Positions 17,232 through 27,722 are shown, counted from the stretch's first letter. The stretch is 64,000 nucleotides of DNA from Candidatus Buchananbacteria bacterium (GCA_041665005.1 JBAYJR010000007.1:3061-67060); one strand, 5' to 3'. Notes: generated from the sequence alone by a model not told the origin. A program made the numbers and translations.

Positions 17232-17714
17232 TTACTTTGTAACAAAAATAAAAATACTCTTAATAACTAACCAAATTGTGGCTGAGCCAATCCACACGGC
17301 CGTAGCATTTATTACCGCTCCAACCAGAATAAAGAAAACACTGCGTGAACGATCAAGTTTTAACATATGACTAACTAACACTCCTGTCCAAATACCGCCA
17401 CCAAAGGTTGGCATGGCCGTAACTAACATTACACTAACCTGTCCACCATGTTCAATAATATTTTTTAAAAAAGAACCTTGTACCGTCTCACTGTTAGGCA
17501 AAATATTAAATAATATCTTAACCAGTTTAAAACGACTTTGGCCTTGTTCAAACAAGAAAAAAAACAAAGGAATTTGCAAAAAATCTAAGCCAATCACCAA
17601 ACCGATTACCAAAAATTGATTTAGTCCCAAAGCTAAGCCGGTAGGGATAGAGACTAGATTACTACCAAAAACATAAACTAACAAAAAAACAAACAAACTA
17701 GTGACAAATTGCAT
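17232..17714 (-). CDS. hypothetical polytopic membrane protein
   Basis: About 5 TM segments. Confidence 0.45.
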   Translation of the reverse strand: MQFVTSLFVFLLVYVFGSNLVSIPTGLALGLNQFLVIGLVIGLDFLQIPLFFFLFEQGQSRFKLVKILFNILPNSETVQGSFLKNIIEHGGQVSVMLVTAMPTFGGGIWTGVLVSHMLKLDRSRSVFFILVGAVINATAVWIGSATIWLVIKSIFIFVTK

Positions 17715-17795
17715 GTTCTTATTATTATAGTTTCAGGCCAGTTGTCTTGAGTATTAAATGCCCTTAACCTTAACTAATTTTATCGTGCAAACCTG

Positions 17796-17867
17796 AGCGG
17801 GTGAGCGGAATCGAACCGCCTTCTCGACCTTGGCAAGGTCGCATAATAACCGTTATACGACACCCGC
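17796..17867 (-). tRNA. tRNA-Gly (anticodon GCC), no CCA
   Basis: The anticodon arm cgaccttgccaaggtcg is identical to E. coli tRNA-Gly(GCC). Confidence 0.8.
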
Positions 17868-17998
17868 CTATGCTATGCTCGGCGGGCTAACCCGCACCGA
17901 GACAGAAAATCATAGGCCAACGTAAAAAACTCCTACTATTATAGCAAAAACTTTAAATTTGTAAAGAGTCCTCTAAAATGTTAGAATAAAAACAAATT

Positions 17999-19033
17999 AT
18001 GATCAAAAATTCCAATCTACCTGAAAAAATAGTTGACCCCGTGGCTTTGACCGAAGAGGTTAATTTTGACATTACTCTAAGGCCAAAAAACTTAACTGAA
18101 TATGTCGGTCAAGATACCATCAAAGAAAATTTGCAAATTTTCATGGAGGCTGCTAAACGCCGGCAACAACCAATTGAACATGTTTTACTTTACGGCCCAC
18201 CCGGTTTAGGCAAAACCACTTTAGCGCACATTATTGCCAAAGAAATGAATGCAAATATCCGTATTACTTCCGGACCTGCCTTAGAACGAGCCGGTGACTT
18301 AGCGGCAATTTTAACCAACCTAGAAGCCGGGGACATTTTATTTATTGATGAAATTCATCGGCTAAATAAAGTTATTGAGGAAGTGCTTTATCCGGCGATG
18401 GAAGAATTTGCCTTAGATATTGTTATCGGCAAGGGTCCGGCCGCTAAAACTTTGCGCCTAGATTTACCGCCTTTTACCATTATTGGTGCCACTACTAAAG
18501 TTAGTTTGTTATCGGCCCCTTTACGGGACCGCTTTGGCAATATTTACCGCTTAAATTTTTATGAACCGCAAGAAATTGCCCAAATTATCAAACGCTCGGC
18601 TAAAATTTTAAAGGTAGATACAGCCGATGAGGCCATCCAAGAATTGGCTTTACGAGCCCGACGCACACCTCGTATTGCTAACCGCCTACTAAAACGCGTA
18701 CGAGACTTTGCTGAAGTAAAACACCAAGGAAAAATTGATTATGAAATTTGCCAACAAGCCCTAAAATTATTAGGGGTGGATATGGTTGGCCTAGACCAAA
18801 CTGATCGTAAATTATTAGAAACCATTATTGATAAATTTGGTGGCGGGCCGGTTGGTTTAAATAGTTTAGCGGCGGCTATTTCTGAAGAAATGGACACCAT
18901 CGAAGATGTCTACGAACCTTATTTGTTGCAATTAGGTTTTATCGAACGCACCAGCCGCGGCCGGGTAGCTACCGCTGCTGCTTATCAACATTTAAACCGC
19001 CAAGTAAAAAAAGACAAAAATATTTTAATCTAA
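17999..19033 (+). CDS. ruvB: Holliday junction branch migration helicase RuvB
   Basis: [11 protein letters not shown] Walker A. Confidence 0.9.
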   Translation: MIKNSNLPEKIVDPVALTEEVNFDITLRPKNLTEYVGQDTIKENLQIFMEAAKRRQQPIEHVLLYGPPGLGKTTLAHIIAKEMNANIRITSGPALERAGDLAAILTNLEAGDILFIDEIHRLNKVIEEVLYPAMEEFALDIVIGKGPAAKTLRLDLPPFTIIGATTKVSLLSAPLRDRFGNIYRLNFYEPQEIAQIIKRSAKILKVDTADEAIQELALRARRTPRIANRLLKRVRDFAEVKHQGKIDYEICQQALKLLGVDMVGLDQTDRKLLETIIDKFGGGPVGLNSLAAAISEEMDTIEDVYEPYLLQLGFIERTSRGRVATAAAYQHLNRQVKKDKNILI

Positions 19034-19036
19034 TTT

Positions 19037-19345
19037 ATGGAAATCACGCTAATTATTTTTTACTACGTCTATTTAATTCTACTTGGTTTATTTATACTTT
19101 TTTCTTTTTTTAATTACTATCATCTAATCCGTTTTGGTTTTTGGAGTTGGGGCAATTTGGGAGTAATGATGTTTTACGCTTTTATAACCGTAGCCATCTT
19201 AATTGTTACTTGGAGTTATTTAACTAAAATTGACTGGCAAACACCTTTAACTTCTTTTAATGACTTATCCTGGAAACAATTTTCGGCCCTAGGTAACAGC
19301 CATGCCAACCAAGAAACTGTTAATACTAATATTATTTCTTACTAA
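19037..19345 (+). CDS. small hydrophobic membrane protein
   Basis: About 3 TM segments, in an operon between ruvB and queA. Confidence 0.4.
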   Translation: MEITLIIFYYVYLILLGLFILFSFFNYYHLIRFGFWSWGNLGVMMFYAFITVAILIVTWSYLTKIDWQTPLTSFNDLSWKQFSALGNSHANQETVNTNIISY

Positions 19346-19350
19346 ACGCT

Positions 19351-19896
19351 ATGCTAAAACAAATCGGCCTAAGTATTTTACAACCGCAAGAAGCCGTAGC
19401 AATTTATTTACGCCAGCATTGGTTTGTAATTTTAAAAAGCGTGGCCTTATTTTTAATTTCGGCTTTAATCCCTATTTTGCTGTTATTTTTCTTTTCCCAA
19501 AACTTAACCGTCTGGTTAACTAAAGAAATCTCCACCGCTATTTTAATTTTAAGTTTAAGTTTTTACTACCTATACATTTGGCTTTTTTTATTTTTCCGCT
19601 GGACGGATTATTATTTAGATTTATACACCGTTACCAATAAACGAATTGTCAATCGTGAACAAGCGGGTTTATTTTCCCGCATAATTTCTGAGGTATCCTT
19701 AAACCGAGTTCAAGATGTAACCGCTCAAGTAACCGGATTTTTTGCTACTTTTTTAAATTATGGAAATGTTTACATTCAGACTGCCGGCGAAAAAGAGCGC
19801 TTCATTTTTACCAATATCCCTGAACCTTACGAAGTAGCCAAAAAAATTATTCAACTCTCTAAAGAAGCCAAAGGCCTAACTAAAAGCGAACTCTAA
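19351..19896 (+). CDS. bacterial PH-domain (bPH_2, YdbS/YdbT-like) membrane protein
   Basis: Two TM segments followed by the TNKRIV...FSR...VQDV...G.V.I.TAG pattern. Confidence 0.6.
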   Translation: MLKQIGLSILQPQEAVAIYLRQHWFVILKSVALFLISALIPILLLFFFSQNLTVWLTKEISTAILILSLSFYYLYIWLFLFFRWTDYYLDLYTVTNKRIVNREQAGLFSRIISEVSLNRVQDVTAQVTGFFATFLNYGNVYIQTAGEKERFIFTNIPEPYEVAKKIIQLSKEAKGLTKSEL

Positions 19897-20927
19897 TGAA
19901 GCTGTCTTGGTTTGATTATCAATTACCCACCAGACTAATTGCTCAGCAGCCAATTAATCCGCGGGACCACTCGCGACTTTTAATTTTAGACAAAAAAACT
20001 GGACAACTTTTTCATCGCCACTTTTATGACCTACCAAAAATTTTAAAACCCGGCGATGTTTTAGTTCTAAATAATTCCAAAGTTTTCCCTGCTAGGTTAA
20101 TAGGTTACAAACCCCAGACTAACGGTAAGGTGGAAATATTTTTATTAAAAAAACTAAAAAACAATCTTTGGCAATGTCTAGCTAAGGGTTCCGGCCTCAA
20201 GCCTGACGCCTTGATAAACTTTAAACAAAATAAAAAAAATATCTTACAAGCCAAATTAACCAAAAACTACCCCGATGGTACTTGGGTAGTTAGTTTTGAT
20301 AAAACTGCTAAAAATTTTTTAAACTTACTAGAACAAATTGGCCAAGCTCCTTTACCGCCTTATATTAAGAAAAAAACTTCTCTAAGCCGTTATCAAACCA
20401 CTTACGCTAAAATCACTGGCTCAGTAGCTGCGCCAACTGCGGGCTTACACTTTACTCCTGCCCTGCTTAAAAAACTAAAAACCCACGGAGTGCAACTTGA
20501 ATTTATTACCTTACATGTTGGTTTAGGCACCTTTCGACCCCTTAAAACTGCCGAGCTAAACCAACACCAACTACATTTAGAATATGCTTCGCTGGATCAA
20601 GCAACCGCTCAAAGATTAAATATTGCCAAAAAAAATGGCCAAAGAATTATTGCGGTTGGCACTACTACCGTTAGAACCCTAGAAACTTTTAGTACACCGA
20701 CTGGACACTTAAAACCACAAACCGCCTGGATTAACACTTTTATTTACCCACCTTATAACTTTAAATTTATCACCGCCCTAATTACCAACTTTCATCTACC
20801 AAAATCTACCCTATTAATTTTAGTCAGCGCTTTGGTTGGCAGAAAAAAAATCCTGCAAGCCTACCAAACTGCCATCAACCGCGGCTATCGCTTTTTTTCT
20901 TTTGGTGATGCTATGTTTATTCATTAA
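19896..20927 (+). CDS. queA: S-adenosylmethionine:tRNA ribosyltransferase-isomerase
   Basis: MKLSWFDYQLP...INPRDHSRLL and VAAPTAGLHFT. Confidence 0.9.
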   Translation: MKLSWFDYQLPTRLIAQQPINPRDHSRLLILDKKTGQLFHRHFYDLPKILKPGDVLVLNNSKVFPARLIGYKPQTNGKVEIFLLKKLKNNLWQCLAKGSGLKPDALINFKQNKKNILQAKLTKNYPDGTWVVSFDKTAKNFLNLLEQIGQAPLPPYIKKKTSLSRYQTTYAKITGSVAAPTAGLHFTPALLKKLKTHGVQLEFITLHVGLGTFRPLKTAELNQHQLHLEYASLDQATAQRLNIAKKNGQRIIAVGTTTVRTLETFSTPTGHLKPQTAWINTFIYPPYNFKFITALITNFHLPKSTLLILVSALVGRKKILQAYQTAINRGYRFFSFGDAMFIH

Positions 20928-20932
20928 CTACC

Positions 20933-21268
20933 ATGACCGAACTTACCACTACTATTATCGTCGTATTCTTTCTCAGCCTAATTGGTGTCTTAGGCGATTA
21001 TTTCGTCAAATCAGCCAGTCAAGCCGCCAAAAATGATTGGTTAAACTTAGCAATCGGCGCCTTAATTTACGCCAGTACGGTTCTTGGTTGGGTTTACGCC
21101 ATGAAACACCTAAAACTGGCCTCCTTGGGAGTATATTATGGGTTATTTACTACCTTTATCTTAATTATTGTGGGATCTTACTTTTTTAATGAACGACTTA
21201 ACCCCTGGGAAATAGTTGGCATCGGCCTGGGCCTAACTTCGCTGATTATTTTAAGTCGTTTCACTTAA
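20933..21268 (+). CDS. small 4-TM DMT/SMR-like membrane transporter
   Basis: 111 aa with four hydrophobic helices. Confidence 0.45.
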   Translation: MTELTTTIIVVFFLSLIGVLGDYFVKSASQAAKNDWLNLAIGALIYASTVLGWVYAMKHLKLASLGVYYGLFTTFILIIVGSYFFNERLNPWEIVGIGLGLTSLIILSRFT

Positions 21269-21270
21269 AA

Positions 21271-21295
21271 AACTCCCCCTGTGGGGAGTTTTTTA
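21271..21295 (+). terminator. intrinsic terminator (aactcccc/ggggagtt + T6)
   Basis: An 8-bp stem. Confidence 0.6.
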
Positions 21296-21347
21296 AGTAG
21301 CAATATTTTTACCTAATATCATTACTACGGTATGAAACCGTTAATCT

Positions 21348-21596
21348 TTAACCTAAATATGAGGCTTTTAAACTATTATTTGCCCGCTCTGGCAAAATTT
21401 GATAATAACGAAAATTAGTTGCTGGCAAAAGACTTGGCTGATTATTGCGATATAACCAATAATTTTCTAAACCATTTAAAGCTACCGCCGAAACCACTAC
21501 AATTGCCAAGGCTATAACTAAACTACCCCAAATATTAATTTCGGTTTTTTTAATCTCTGATTGAATTAGTTTGGTCTTTTTAGTCATTTTTATCAT
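21348..21596 (-). CDS. possible small membrane protein
   Basis: One TM segment; no clear RBS. Confidence 0.3.
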   Translation of the reverse strand: MIKMTKKTKLIQSEIKKTEINIWGSLVIALAIVVVSAVALNGLENYWLYRNNQPSLLPATNFRYYQILPERANNSLKASYLG

Positions 21597-21653
21597 AAAT
21601 TTAGCCTAAAGAAAGTTTAGTCTAGCATTAAATCTTAACTTTGTCAAGATTTA

Positions 21654-23129
21654 ATGCTAAAATTAACCTGCTTAATCGCTTTTATGTCTTTAGTTAAACA
21701 AATCGCTAACAATACTTTAATTCAAGTAACTGGTCGGCTAATCAGCGTCGGCCTCGGCTTAATAGTCCTTAGTTTGATGGCTCATTCTTTGGGGCCAATT
21801 GGCTTTGGTTACTTAACCACCATAATGGCTTTTTTGCAATTTTTTTGTACTTTGGCTGATTTAGGCTTAAATTTAACTACTTTACAATTAATCTCTGAGC
21901 CCGAAGCAAACCAAAGCAAAATTATTAGCAACTTATTAACTTTTCGCTCTTTAACCGCCATTATTCTACTAAGTTTGGCTCCGGCCGTCGCTTGGTTTTT
22001 CCCCTATCCTAATCTAGTTAAATGGGGGATTACGCTAATGAGCTTTTCCTTTTTATTTGCGGTGATCCAACAAATTTTTGTTGGACTATTTCAAAAAGAA
22101 CTTCAAACTATCAAAAATGTCCTAGCGGATTTGGGTGGTAGAATAGTTTCTTTATTAATTATGCTCATAACCTGGCAATTAGGCTGGGGCCTCTGGGGAG
22201 CAATTGCCGCCTTAATTTTTAGCAATCTAGTTAATTTAATTATTTTAATACTTAGCGCCAAAAAAATTATCCACCTCGGTTGGGACTTTGATTTAACTTT
22301 GTGGAAAAAAATTATCACTTACAGCTGGCCCTTGGCCGCTACTACAATTTTTAATTTAATTTACTTTAAAGCGGATACCATAATTTTATCTTTATACCAA
22401 CCGGCCACAGCCGTTGGTTTGTATGGTGCACCTTATAAAATTTTAGAAGTCTTGATCAATTTTCCTTTTTTATTTTTAGGTTTAATTTTGCCAATTTTAA
22501 CCACCAATTGGTTAAAGCAAGATTTAATTTATTTTAAAAAGATTTTTCAAACCGCCTTTGATTTTTTAATTATTGTCACCGTGCCAATAATTTTTGGTTG
22601 TTGGGTTTTAGCCAAACCAATTATTTTACTAATTGCTGGAGAGGCCTTTTTGGCTTCCGCCGGAATTTTAAAAGTTTTAATTGTCGCCACTGGAATAATT
22701 TTTATCTCCTCCTTGTTTGGTTATGTAATTATTGCCGTTAATCAACAACGAAAAATGATAAAATTTTATTTTGCTACCGCAGTAATTTCTCTATTGGGCT
22801 ATTTTCTATTAATTCCCCGCTATTCCTATTGGGGAGCAGCCTATATGACCGTACTAGCCGAACTACTAATTGCTTTAACGGCCGGCTGGATGGTTTATCG
22901 TTTGACCAAGCTACAACCAGACTGGCAAATTTTTATAAAAGCTTTACTAGCCAGTTTAATTATGGCCGGTAGCTTGTGGCCGTTAGCTAATTTAAACATT
23001 TTACTAACCGTCGCCTTAGGCCTACTAATTTATTTGGTAGCTTTATACGCTTTGGGTGGCATTAACCCGGAACTTATAAAACAACTGAGCTGGTCAAAGC
23101 CAAAGACTAAACCCCAAATAACTAACTAA
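21654..23129 (+). CDS. polysaccharide/oligosaccharide flippase (Wzx/MOP superfamily)
   Basis: About 12-14 TM segments with a typical Wzx topology. Confidence 0.55.
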   Translation: MLKLTCLIAFMSLVKQIANNTLIQVTGRLISVGLGLIVLSLMAHSLGPIGFGYLTTIMAFLQFFCTLADLGLNLTTLQLISEPEANQSKIISNLLTFRSLTAIILLSLAPAVAWFFPYPNLVKWGITLMSFSFLFAVIQQIFVGLFQKELQTIKNVLADLGGRIVSLLIMLITWQLGWGLWGAIAALIFSNLVNLIILILSAKKIIHLGWDFDLTLWKKIITYSWPLAATTIFNLIYFKADTIILSLYQPATAVGLYGAPYKILEVLINFPFLFLGLILPILTTNWLKQDLIYFKKIFQTAFDFLIIVTVPIIFGCWVLAKPIILLIAGEAFLASAGILKVLIVATGIIFISSLFGYVIIAVNQQRKMIKFYFATAVISLLGYFLLIPRYSYWGAAYMTVLAELLIALTAGWMVYRLTKLQPDWQIFIKALLASLIMAGSLWPLANLNILLTVALGLLIYLVALYALGGINPELIKQLSWSKPKTKPQITN

Positions 23130-23172
23130 ATTGCATAGCCGATTAGTTGAATCTTTGGTATAATATCGAGGT

Positions 23173-24486
23173 ATGTCGATATTTTTTTATTTTTTACTTA
23201 GTCTATTTTTTATACTCTTTGCCTGGCTTGCCAAAAAATCTTGGCTAACCGCGGTTGGTCTGCTATGTTTATTTTTACCCAGCTTTGAAATCCGGTTTCA
23301 ATTGTGGCTTTTACCCAGCACCGTTTTAGAACTGATGCTAATAATTATTTTGGGTTGGTGGCTAATTGAAATTTGGCAACAAAAAAGATATCGTCAGGTA
23401 TTTTTAGCTAATCCATTATTCTGGCCGGCCCTATTTCTTTTGCTAAGCGCCACCTTAGCCTTATTGCCTGCCCCCGATCTGCGCTCAGCTTTGGGTTATT
23501 GGAAGGCTTATTTTTTAGAACCGATTCTGCTGTTTTTTGCCTTAGCTGATCGCCTAACTGATTATAAAAAAATTCAAAAATTTTTGGTTTGGCTAGGAGC
23601 CGGAGCTTTACTAATCGCCAGCGTGGGAATTTATCAAAAATTCACCGGCTGGCTTTTACCGGCCGGAGAATGGTTCAACCCTGAAACTCGTCGGGTCACG
23701 GCTTTTTTTACCTCGCCCAACGCCGTTACTTTAGCTACGGTGCCAACTGCTTTGTTGTATCTAGGCTGGCTAATTCAACGTTGGCAAACTAAATATTTTT
23801 GGCAAACTAAGCTAGAAAAATTTTATACTGTTTGGCAAGTTATCGTAATCATTGCTATTATTACCGTCTCAATTTTTGCTCGTTCACGTGGGGCCTGGTT
23901 TGCTGGCTTAGTCGCTGTAATCTTTATTTTATTTTTTGGCTGGTCAAAAAAATATACTAGTTACTTAACTACCTTAGGACTACTTAGTTTAACACTCTGG
24001 CCCAAAATTTATCAGGCCATTGTTAATTTATTAAGTTTTAAAGTGGTCTCTGGCACCATTCGCTTAAATATTTATGAACAGACCTTGGCCTGGTTAAAAC
24101 TAAACTGGCTGACTGGTTTAGGATTAGGTGGTTTTGAATACTATTATCTACAACTAACACAGCGAGGGGAAAAAATTGCTTATCTTTATCCTCATAATAT
24201 CTTACTAAACTTCTGGGTGGAATTAGGATTTTTAGGATTGTTAGCCAGTCTTTACTTGCTGAGTAAGTTTTTTATTCAAGGCTTTAAAACTTTAAAAATA
24301 TCTTCGGCCTACTGGTTGCTTTTAGGAGTTTTGGCCGCAATGGTAGAAATTATCGCCCATGGCTTGGTAGATGTGCCTTACTTCAAAAATGATTTAGCAA
24401 TAATCTTTTGGTTGGTGCCGGCTCTTTTAGTAATTTTAGTAAAAAATCCCAGCTTGATTTTAAACCACAAACCTGTTAAGCTGTAA
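23173..24486 (+). CDS. O-antigen ligase/polymerase-like (Wzy_C) membrane protein
   Basis: YPHNILLNFWVELGFLG motif region. Confidence 0.5.
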   Translation: MSIFFYFLLSLFFILFAWLAKKSWLTAVGLLCLFLPSFEIRFQLWLLPSTVLELMLIIILGWWLIEIWQQKRYRQVFLANPLFWPALFLLLSATLALLPAPDLRSALGYWKAYFLEPILLFFALADRLTDYKKIQKFLVWLGAGALLIASVGIYQKFTGWLLPAGEWFNPETRRVTAFFTSPNAVTLATVPTALLYLGWLIQRWQTKYFWQTKLEKFYTVWQVIVIIAIITVSIFARSRGAWFAGLVAVIFILFFGWSKKYTSYLTTLGLLSLTLWPKIYQAIVNLLSFKVVSGTIRLNIYEQTLAWLKLNWLTGLGLGGFEYYYLQLTQRGEKIAYLYPHNILLNFWVELGFLGLLASLYLLSKFFIQGFKTLKISSAYWLLLGVLAAMVEIIAHGLVDVPYFKNDLAIIFWLVPALLVILVKNPSLILNHKPVKL

Positions 24487-24514
24487 CGTCTAGTCAATTA
24501 ATTTTAACCAAAGC

Positions 24515-24601
24515 GGAGGGTTGGCAGAGTGGTCGAATGCACCGGTTTCGAAAACCGGAGTCTCCGCTAGGGGACCACAGGTTCAAATCCTGTACCCTCC
24601 G
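24515..24601 (+). tRNA. tRNA-Ser (anticodon CGA), long variable arm, no CCA
   Basis: Anticodon loop ttCGAaa; a long variable arm. Confidence 0.8.
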
Positions 24602-24856
24602 CTTTGGTTAAAATAAAGCTTAATTTTTTTAAATTTATTATCATGGCAGAGCTCAATAGCTACCTTACTGGTCTAACCACTACTCAGGCCCAAAAATTTT
24701 TAACTGCCCTTTGTCTAAAGGTCGGTTTACCAAAAAACCAATGGCGACAAGAGCTTAAAGTACAAACTTACCAAGTAGAAAAAATACGCGCCTAAACAGC
24801 GCTTTTTTCTTAAAAATGTGATATAATTTAGCTAACTAAGGATTAAAAACAAAAAA

Positions 24857-26227
24857 ATGACTAAAAAATTTATTACTTTTTTAAGCCTCACTTTGTTAAT
24901 TGTGTTTACCACTATGGGTTTTAGCTGTACCAGCAGTCAACCCACGGTGGCTGCACCAGTGACTTTAAAATATTGGCGAGTTTGGGATGATCAAGAAAAC
25001 TTTACTGATATTATTAACGCCTACCATTCTTTGCACCCCAATGTTACTATTGAATACAAAAAACTACGCTACGAAGAATATGAACAAGCTCTACTTGAAG
25101 CTTGGGCCGAAGATCGCGGACCAGATATTTTTTCTATTCACAACACCTGGCTAAAAAAATATCAAAATAAAATTTCTCCTTTACCGGCCCAAACCACCAT
25201 TAACTATCAGACTACCAACAAAACTTGGTTTAAAACTGACACCACAGTCACCAATAAAATTACCCCCACCTTAACCGCTCGACAACTAAAAGATAATTTT
25301 GTGGCTACTGTTTATGATGATGTGTACTTTGATAACAATATTTGGGGCTTACCATTAAGTGTGGACACCTTGGTAATGTTTTACAATCGCGATTTATTAA
25401 CAGCCGCTGGCGTAGCCACGCCACCGACTAACTGGCTAGATTTACAAAAGGCCACTTTTAAAATTACTAAAAAAAGCAAGGACGATACAATTACCGTTGC
25501 TGGAGCGGCTCTAGGTACCGGCAAAAATATTAGTCGCAGTTTTGATATTTTATCTTTATTAATTATGCAAAATGGCGGTAAAATGGTTGATGCTAATAAT
25601 AATCCCTCTTTTAATACTCTACCAGCCGAACTGCGTGGTCGAACCGAAACACCAGGCGAGGGGGCCTTAACTTTTTATACTGACTTTGCTAACCCAACCA
25701 AAGAAGTTTATAGCTGGAATACGCAAATGCCCAATTCTTTAGACGCCTTTGTCTCCGGTAAGGTTGGTTTTTTCTTTGGTTATGCCTATCAATGGCCCTT
25801 AATCAAAACTCAAGCACCAAATTTAAACTTAGGCATTAGTTCGGTGCCTCAGGTTGATAGCAATTATCCCGTTAACTATGCTAACTATTGGGTAGAGACC
25901 ACCGCTAAAAAAATTGATAATACCAAACTTAATTGGGCTTGGGATTTTATCCAATTTGCCACTAACGCCAAACAAGTAACCGGTTATTTAAATCGTGCTC
26001 AAAAACCAACTGCTTTAATTAGTCTAATCGATAAACAAAAAGAAAATGAGGATTTGCGACCATTTGCCGAACAACTATTAACTGCTAAAAGTTGGAACCG
26101 CGGACAAAACCCCAATTTGGCTGAACAATATTTTATTGAAATGATTGATAGTGTAGTAAGTAAGCAAACAACCATCAAAGCCGCCTTGGACCTAGCAGCC
26201 AGTAAAATTAAACAAACAATTCGCTAA
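24857..26227 (+). CDS. ABC-transporter substrate-binding lipoprotein (SBP family 1)
   Basis: Signal peptide with a GFSC lipobox and an SBP_bac_1-like N-terminus. An extended -10 (tgtgatataat) lies upstream. Confidence 0.6.
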   Translation: MTKKFITFLSLTLLIVFTTMGFSCTSSQPTVAAPVTLKYWRVWDDQENFTDIINAYHSLHPNVTIEYKKLRYEEYEQALLEAWAEDRGPDIFSIHNTWLKKYQNKISPLPAQTTINYQTTNKTWFKTDTTVTNKITPTLTARQLKDNFVATVYDDVYFDNNIWGLPLSVDTLVMFYNRDLLTAAGVATPPTNWLDLQKATFKITKKSKDDTITVAGAALGTGKNISRSFDILSLLIMQNGGKMVDANNNPSFNTLPAELRGRTETPGEGALTFYTDFANPTKEVYSWNTQMPNSLDAFVSGKVGFFFGYAYQWPLIKTQAPNLNLGISSVPQVDSNYPVNYANYWVETTAKKIDNTKLNWAWDFIQFATNAKQVTGYLNRAQKPTALISLIDKQKENEDLRPFAEQLLTAKSWNRGQNPNLAEQYFIEMIDSVVSKQTTIKAALDLAASKIKQTIR

Positions 26228-26236
26228 CCATTTTTT

Positions 26237-26764
26237 ATGAAAAAAATATTTTTATCTTTTGGCCTATTCGCTTTTGTTTTATCAACCGTCTTTTTTTTAG
26301 CTTTACCGGTTTTCGCCGCTACTTGTACTAATACTAGCGGTACAGTGGTAGCTAACACTTTAGCTAAGCCTGGTACTGATAATGGCTGGTATTTTTTATC
26401 CGGCCTAGACACTGATTGTTTTCAATGTGGCAATTGTGATATTTGTGATTTAATTAAAATGTATATCGGCGCCAGCAACTGGATGATTAGCGCGGCTGGG
26501 GCAGTGGCTTTAGCGGCAATTATTTGGGGAGCCCTACTTTGGCTTGTTTCAGCCGGTAATAGCCAAATGATCGAAAAAGGCAAAAATGTCATCAAAAATA
26601 CGGTTTTTGCTTTAGCTATTTTACTGGGAGCCTGGATGCTAGTTAACACCATTGTTAATGTTTTAACCAATAAATCTTTAAGCAAGGAGGGTCAAGTAAA
26701 CTATGGCGACGGTTTTGTCGCTTGGTCTATTCCTTCGGCTTGCCAAAACGACCAGACCAAATAA
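26237..26764 (+). CDS. secreted Cys-rich VirB2/TrbC-like (PF18895-type) pilin-like protein, paralog 1
   Basis: A signal peptide, 8 Cys and two TM helices; a divergent member of the downstream family. Confidence 0.5.
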   Translation: MKKIFLSFGLFAFVLSTVFFLALPVFAATCTNTSGTVVANTLAKPGTDNGWYFLSGLDTDCFQCGNCDICDLIKMYIGASNWMISAAGAVALAAIIWGALLWLVSAGNSQMIEKGKNVIKNTVFALAILLGAWMLVNTIVNVLTNKSLSKEGQVNYGDGFVAWSIPSACQNDQTK

Positions 26765-26773
26765 TTACTAGAA

Positions 26774-26802
26774 TTGACATCTTTAGGTATAAATTTTATA
26801 AT
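26774..26802 (+). promoter_or_regulatory. perfect consensus promoter TTGACA-17-TATAAT inside the pilin array
   Basis: ttgaca at 26774-26779 and tataat at 26797-26802. Confidence 0.55.
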
Positions 26803-26862
26803 ATAGTTAATTAGTTTTATTTAAAATAAACTAAATCCTATGAATTGGAAGGGGGTGAAAAC

Positions 26863-27240
26863 ATGAAAAAAACTTTAAGTTTCTTAAGTCTAGCTTTGGT
26901 TTCAGCCTTAACTCTACCACAAATGGTTTTAGCGGTAGGCGAAGAAAACTATAACAACTATGTTTCCAGTATTAACTTGGGATCAGCTGATTTGTTTACT
27001 ACGGTAATCAACGCAGTTAACTGGATTTTGGGTTTATTAATTTTAATTGCCGTTATTATTATTTTAGTTGGCGGTTTTAAATGGATGACCGCTGGTGGTA
27101 ATGATGATAAGATTAGTGGCGCTCGCCAAACTATCGTTTCTGGTATTATCGGTTTAATTATCGTCTTGGCGGCCTATGCCATTGCTTCCTTCGTAATTAC
27201 TCAATTTTCTGGTCTAACTGGTGGAATTATTACCACATAG
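26863..27240 (+). CDS. T4SS-pilin-like protein paralog 2
   Basis: A GGGGGTG RBS, a signal peptide and the WMTAGGNDDKIS...AAYAIASFVITQF core. Confidence 0.65.
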   Translation: MKKTLSFLSLALVSALTLPQMVLAVGEENYNNYVSSINLGSADLFTTVINAVNWILGLLILIAVIIILVGGFKWMTAGGNDDKISGARQTIVSGIIGLIIVLAAYAIASFVITQFSGLTGGIITT

Positions 27241-27266
27241 CACGAATTTAATGCAATCAATTTTAT

Positions 27267-27641
27267 ATGAATAAAACTTTTTTAGTGCTATTAACCTTGG
27301 CAATTATTTGTTTGCCGAGCATAGCGTTAGCTGCCCTTACCCCAGCTAATTACGGTAATTATGTTTCCAGTCTTAACTTGGGCACAGCTGATTTGTTTAC
27401 TACGGTAATCAACGCAGTTAATTGGGTGTTAAGCTTATTAGTCCTAATTGCTGTCATAATTATTCTATATGGCGGCTTTGTTTGGATGACGGCTGGCGGT
27501 AACGATGACAAAATTAGTTCCGCTAAAGGCACAATTAGCGCCGGAGTAATCGGTCTAATCATCATCTTAGCAGCCTATGCCATTGCTTCCTTCGTAATTA
27601 CTCAATTTTCTGGTATAACTGGTGGTATTATTGGGACCTAA
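27267..27641 (+). CDS. T4SS-pilin-like protein paralog 3
   Basis: About 85% identical to paralog 2 and identical over nucleotide stretches. Confidence 0.65.
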   Translation: MNKTFLVLLTLAIICLPSIALAALTPANYGNYVSSLNLGTADLFTTVINAVNWVLSLLVLIAVIIILYGGFVWMTAGGNDDKISSAKGTISAGVIGLIIILAAYAIASFVITQFSGITGGIIGT

Positions 27642-27722
27642 AAAACTGCTCTAGTTAATAAATTATTAGAACTGTTAATTTTGTGGGAGGGGGGTCACCC
27701 CCTCTCAACAAAATAAAAACTT

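Noticed and set aside
19302-19523. Overlapping alternative-frame ORFs 19302-19523 and 20836-21036
   Set aside because: They overlap the ends of better-supported genes (the bPH membrane protein and queA) in other frames and have no independent signals.
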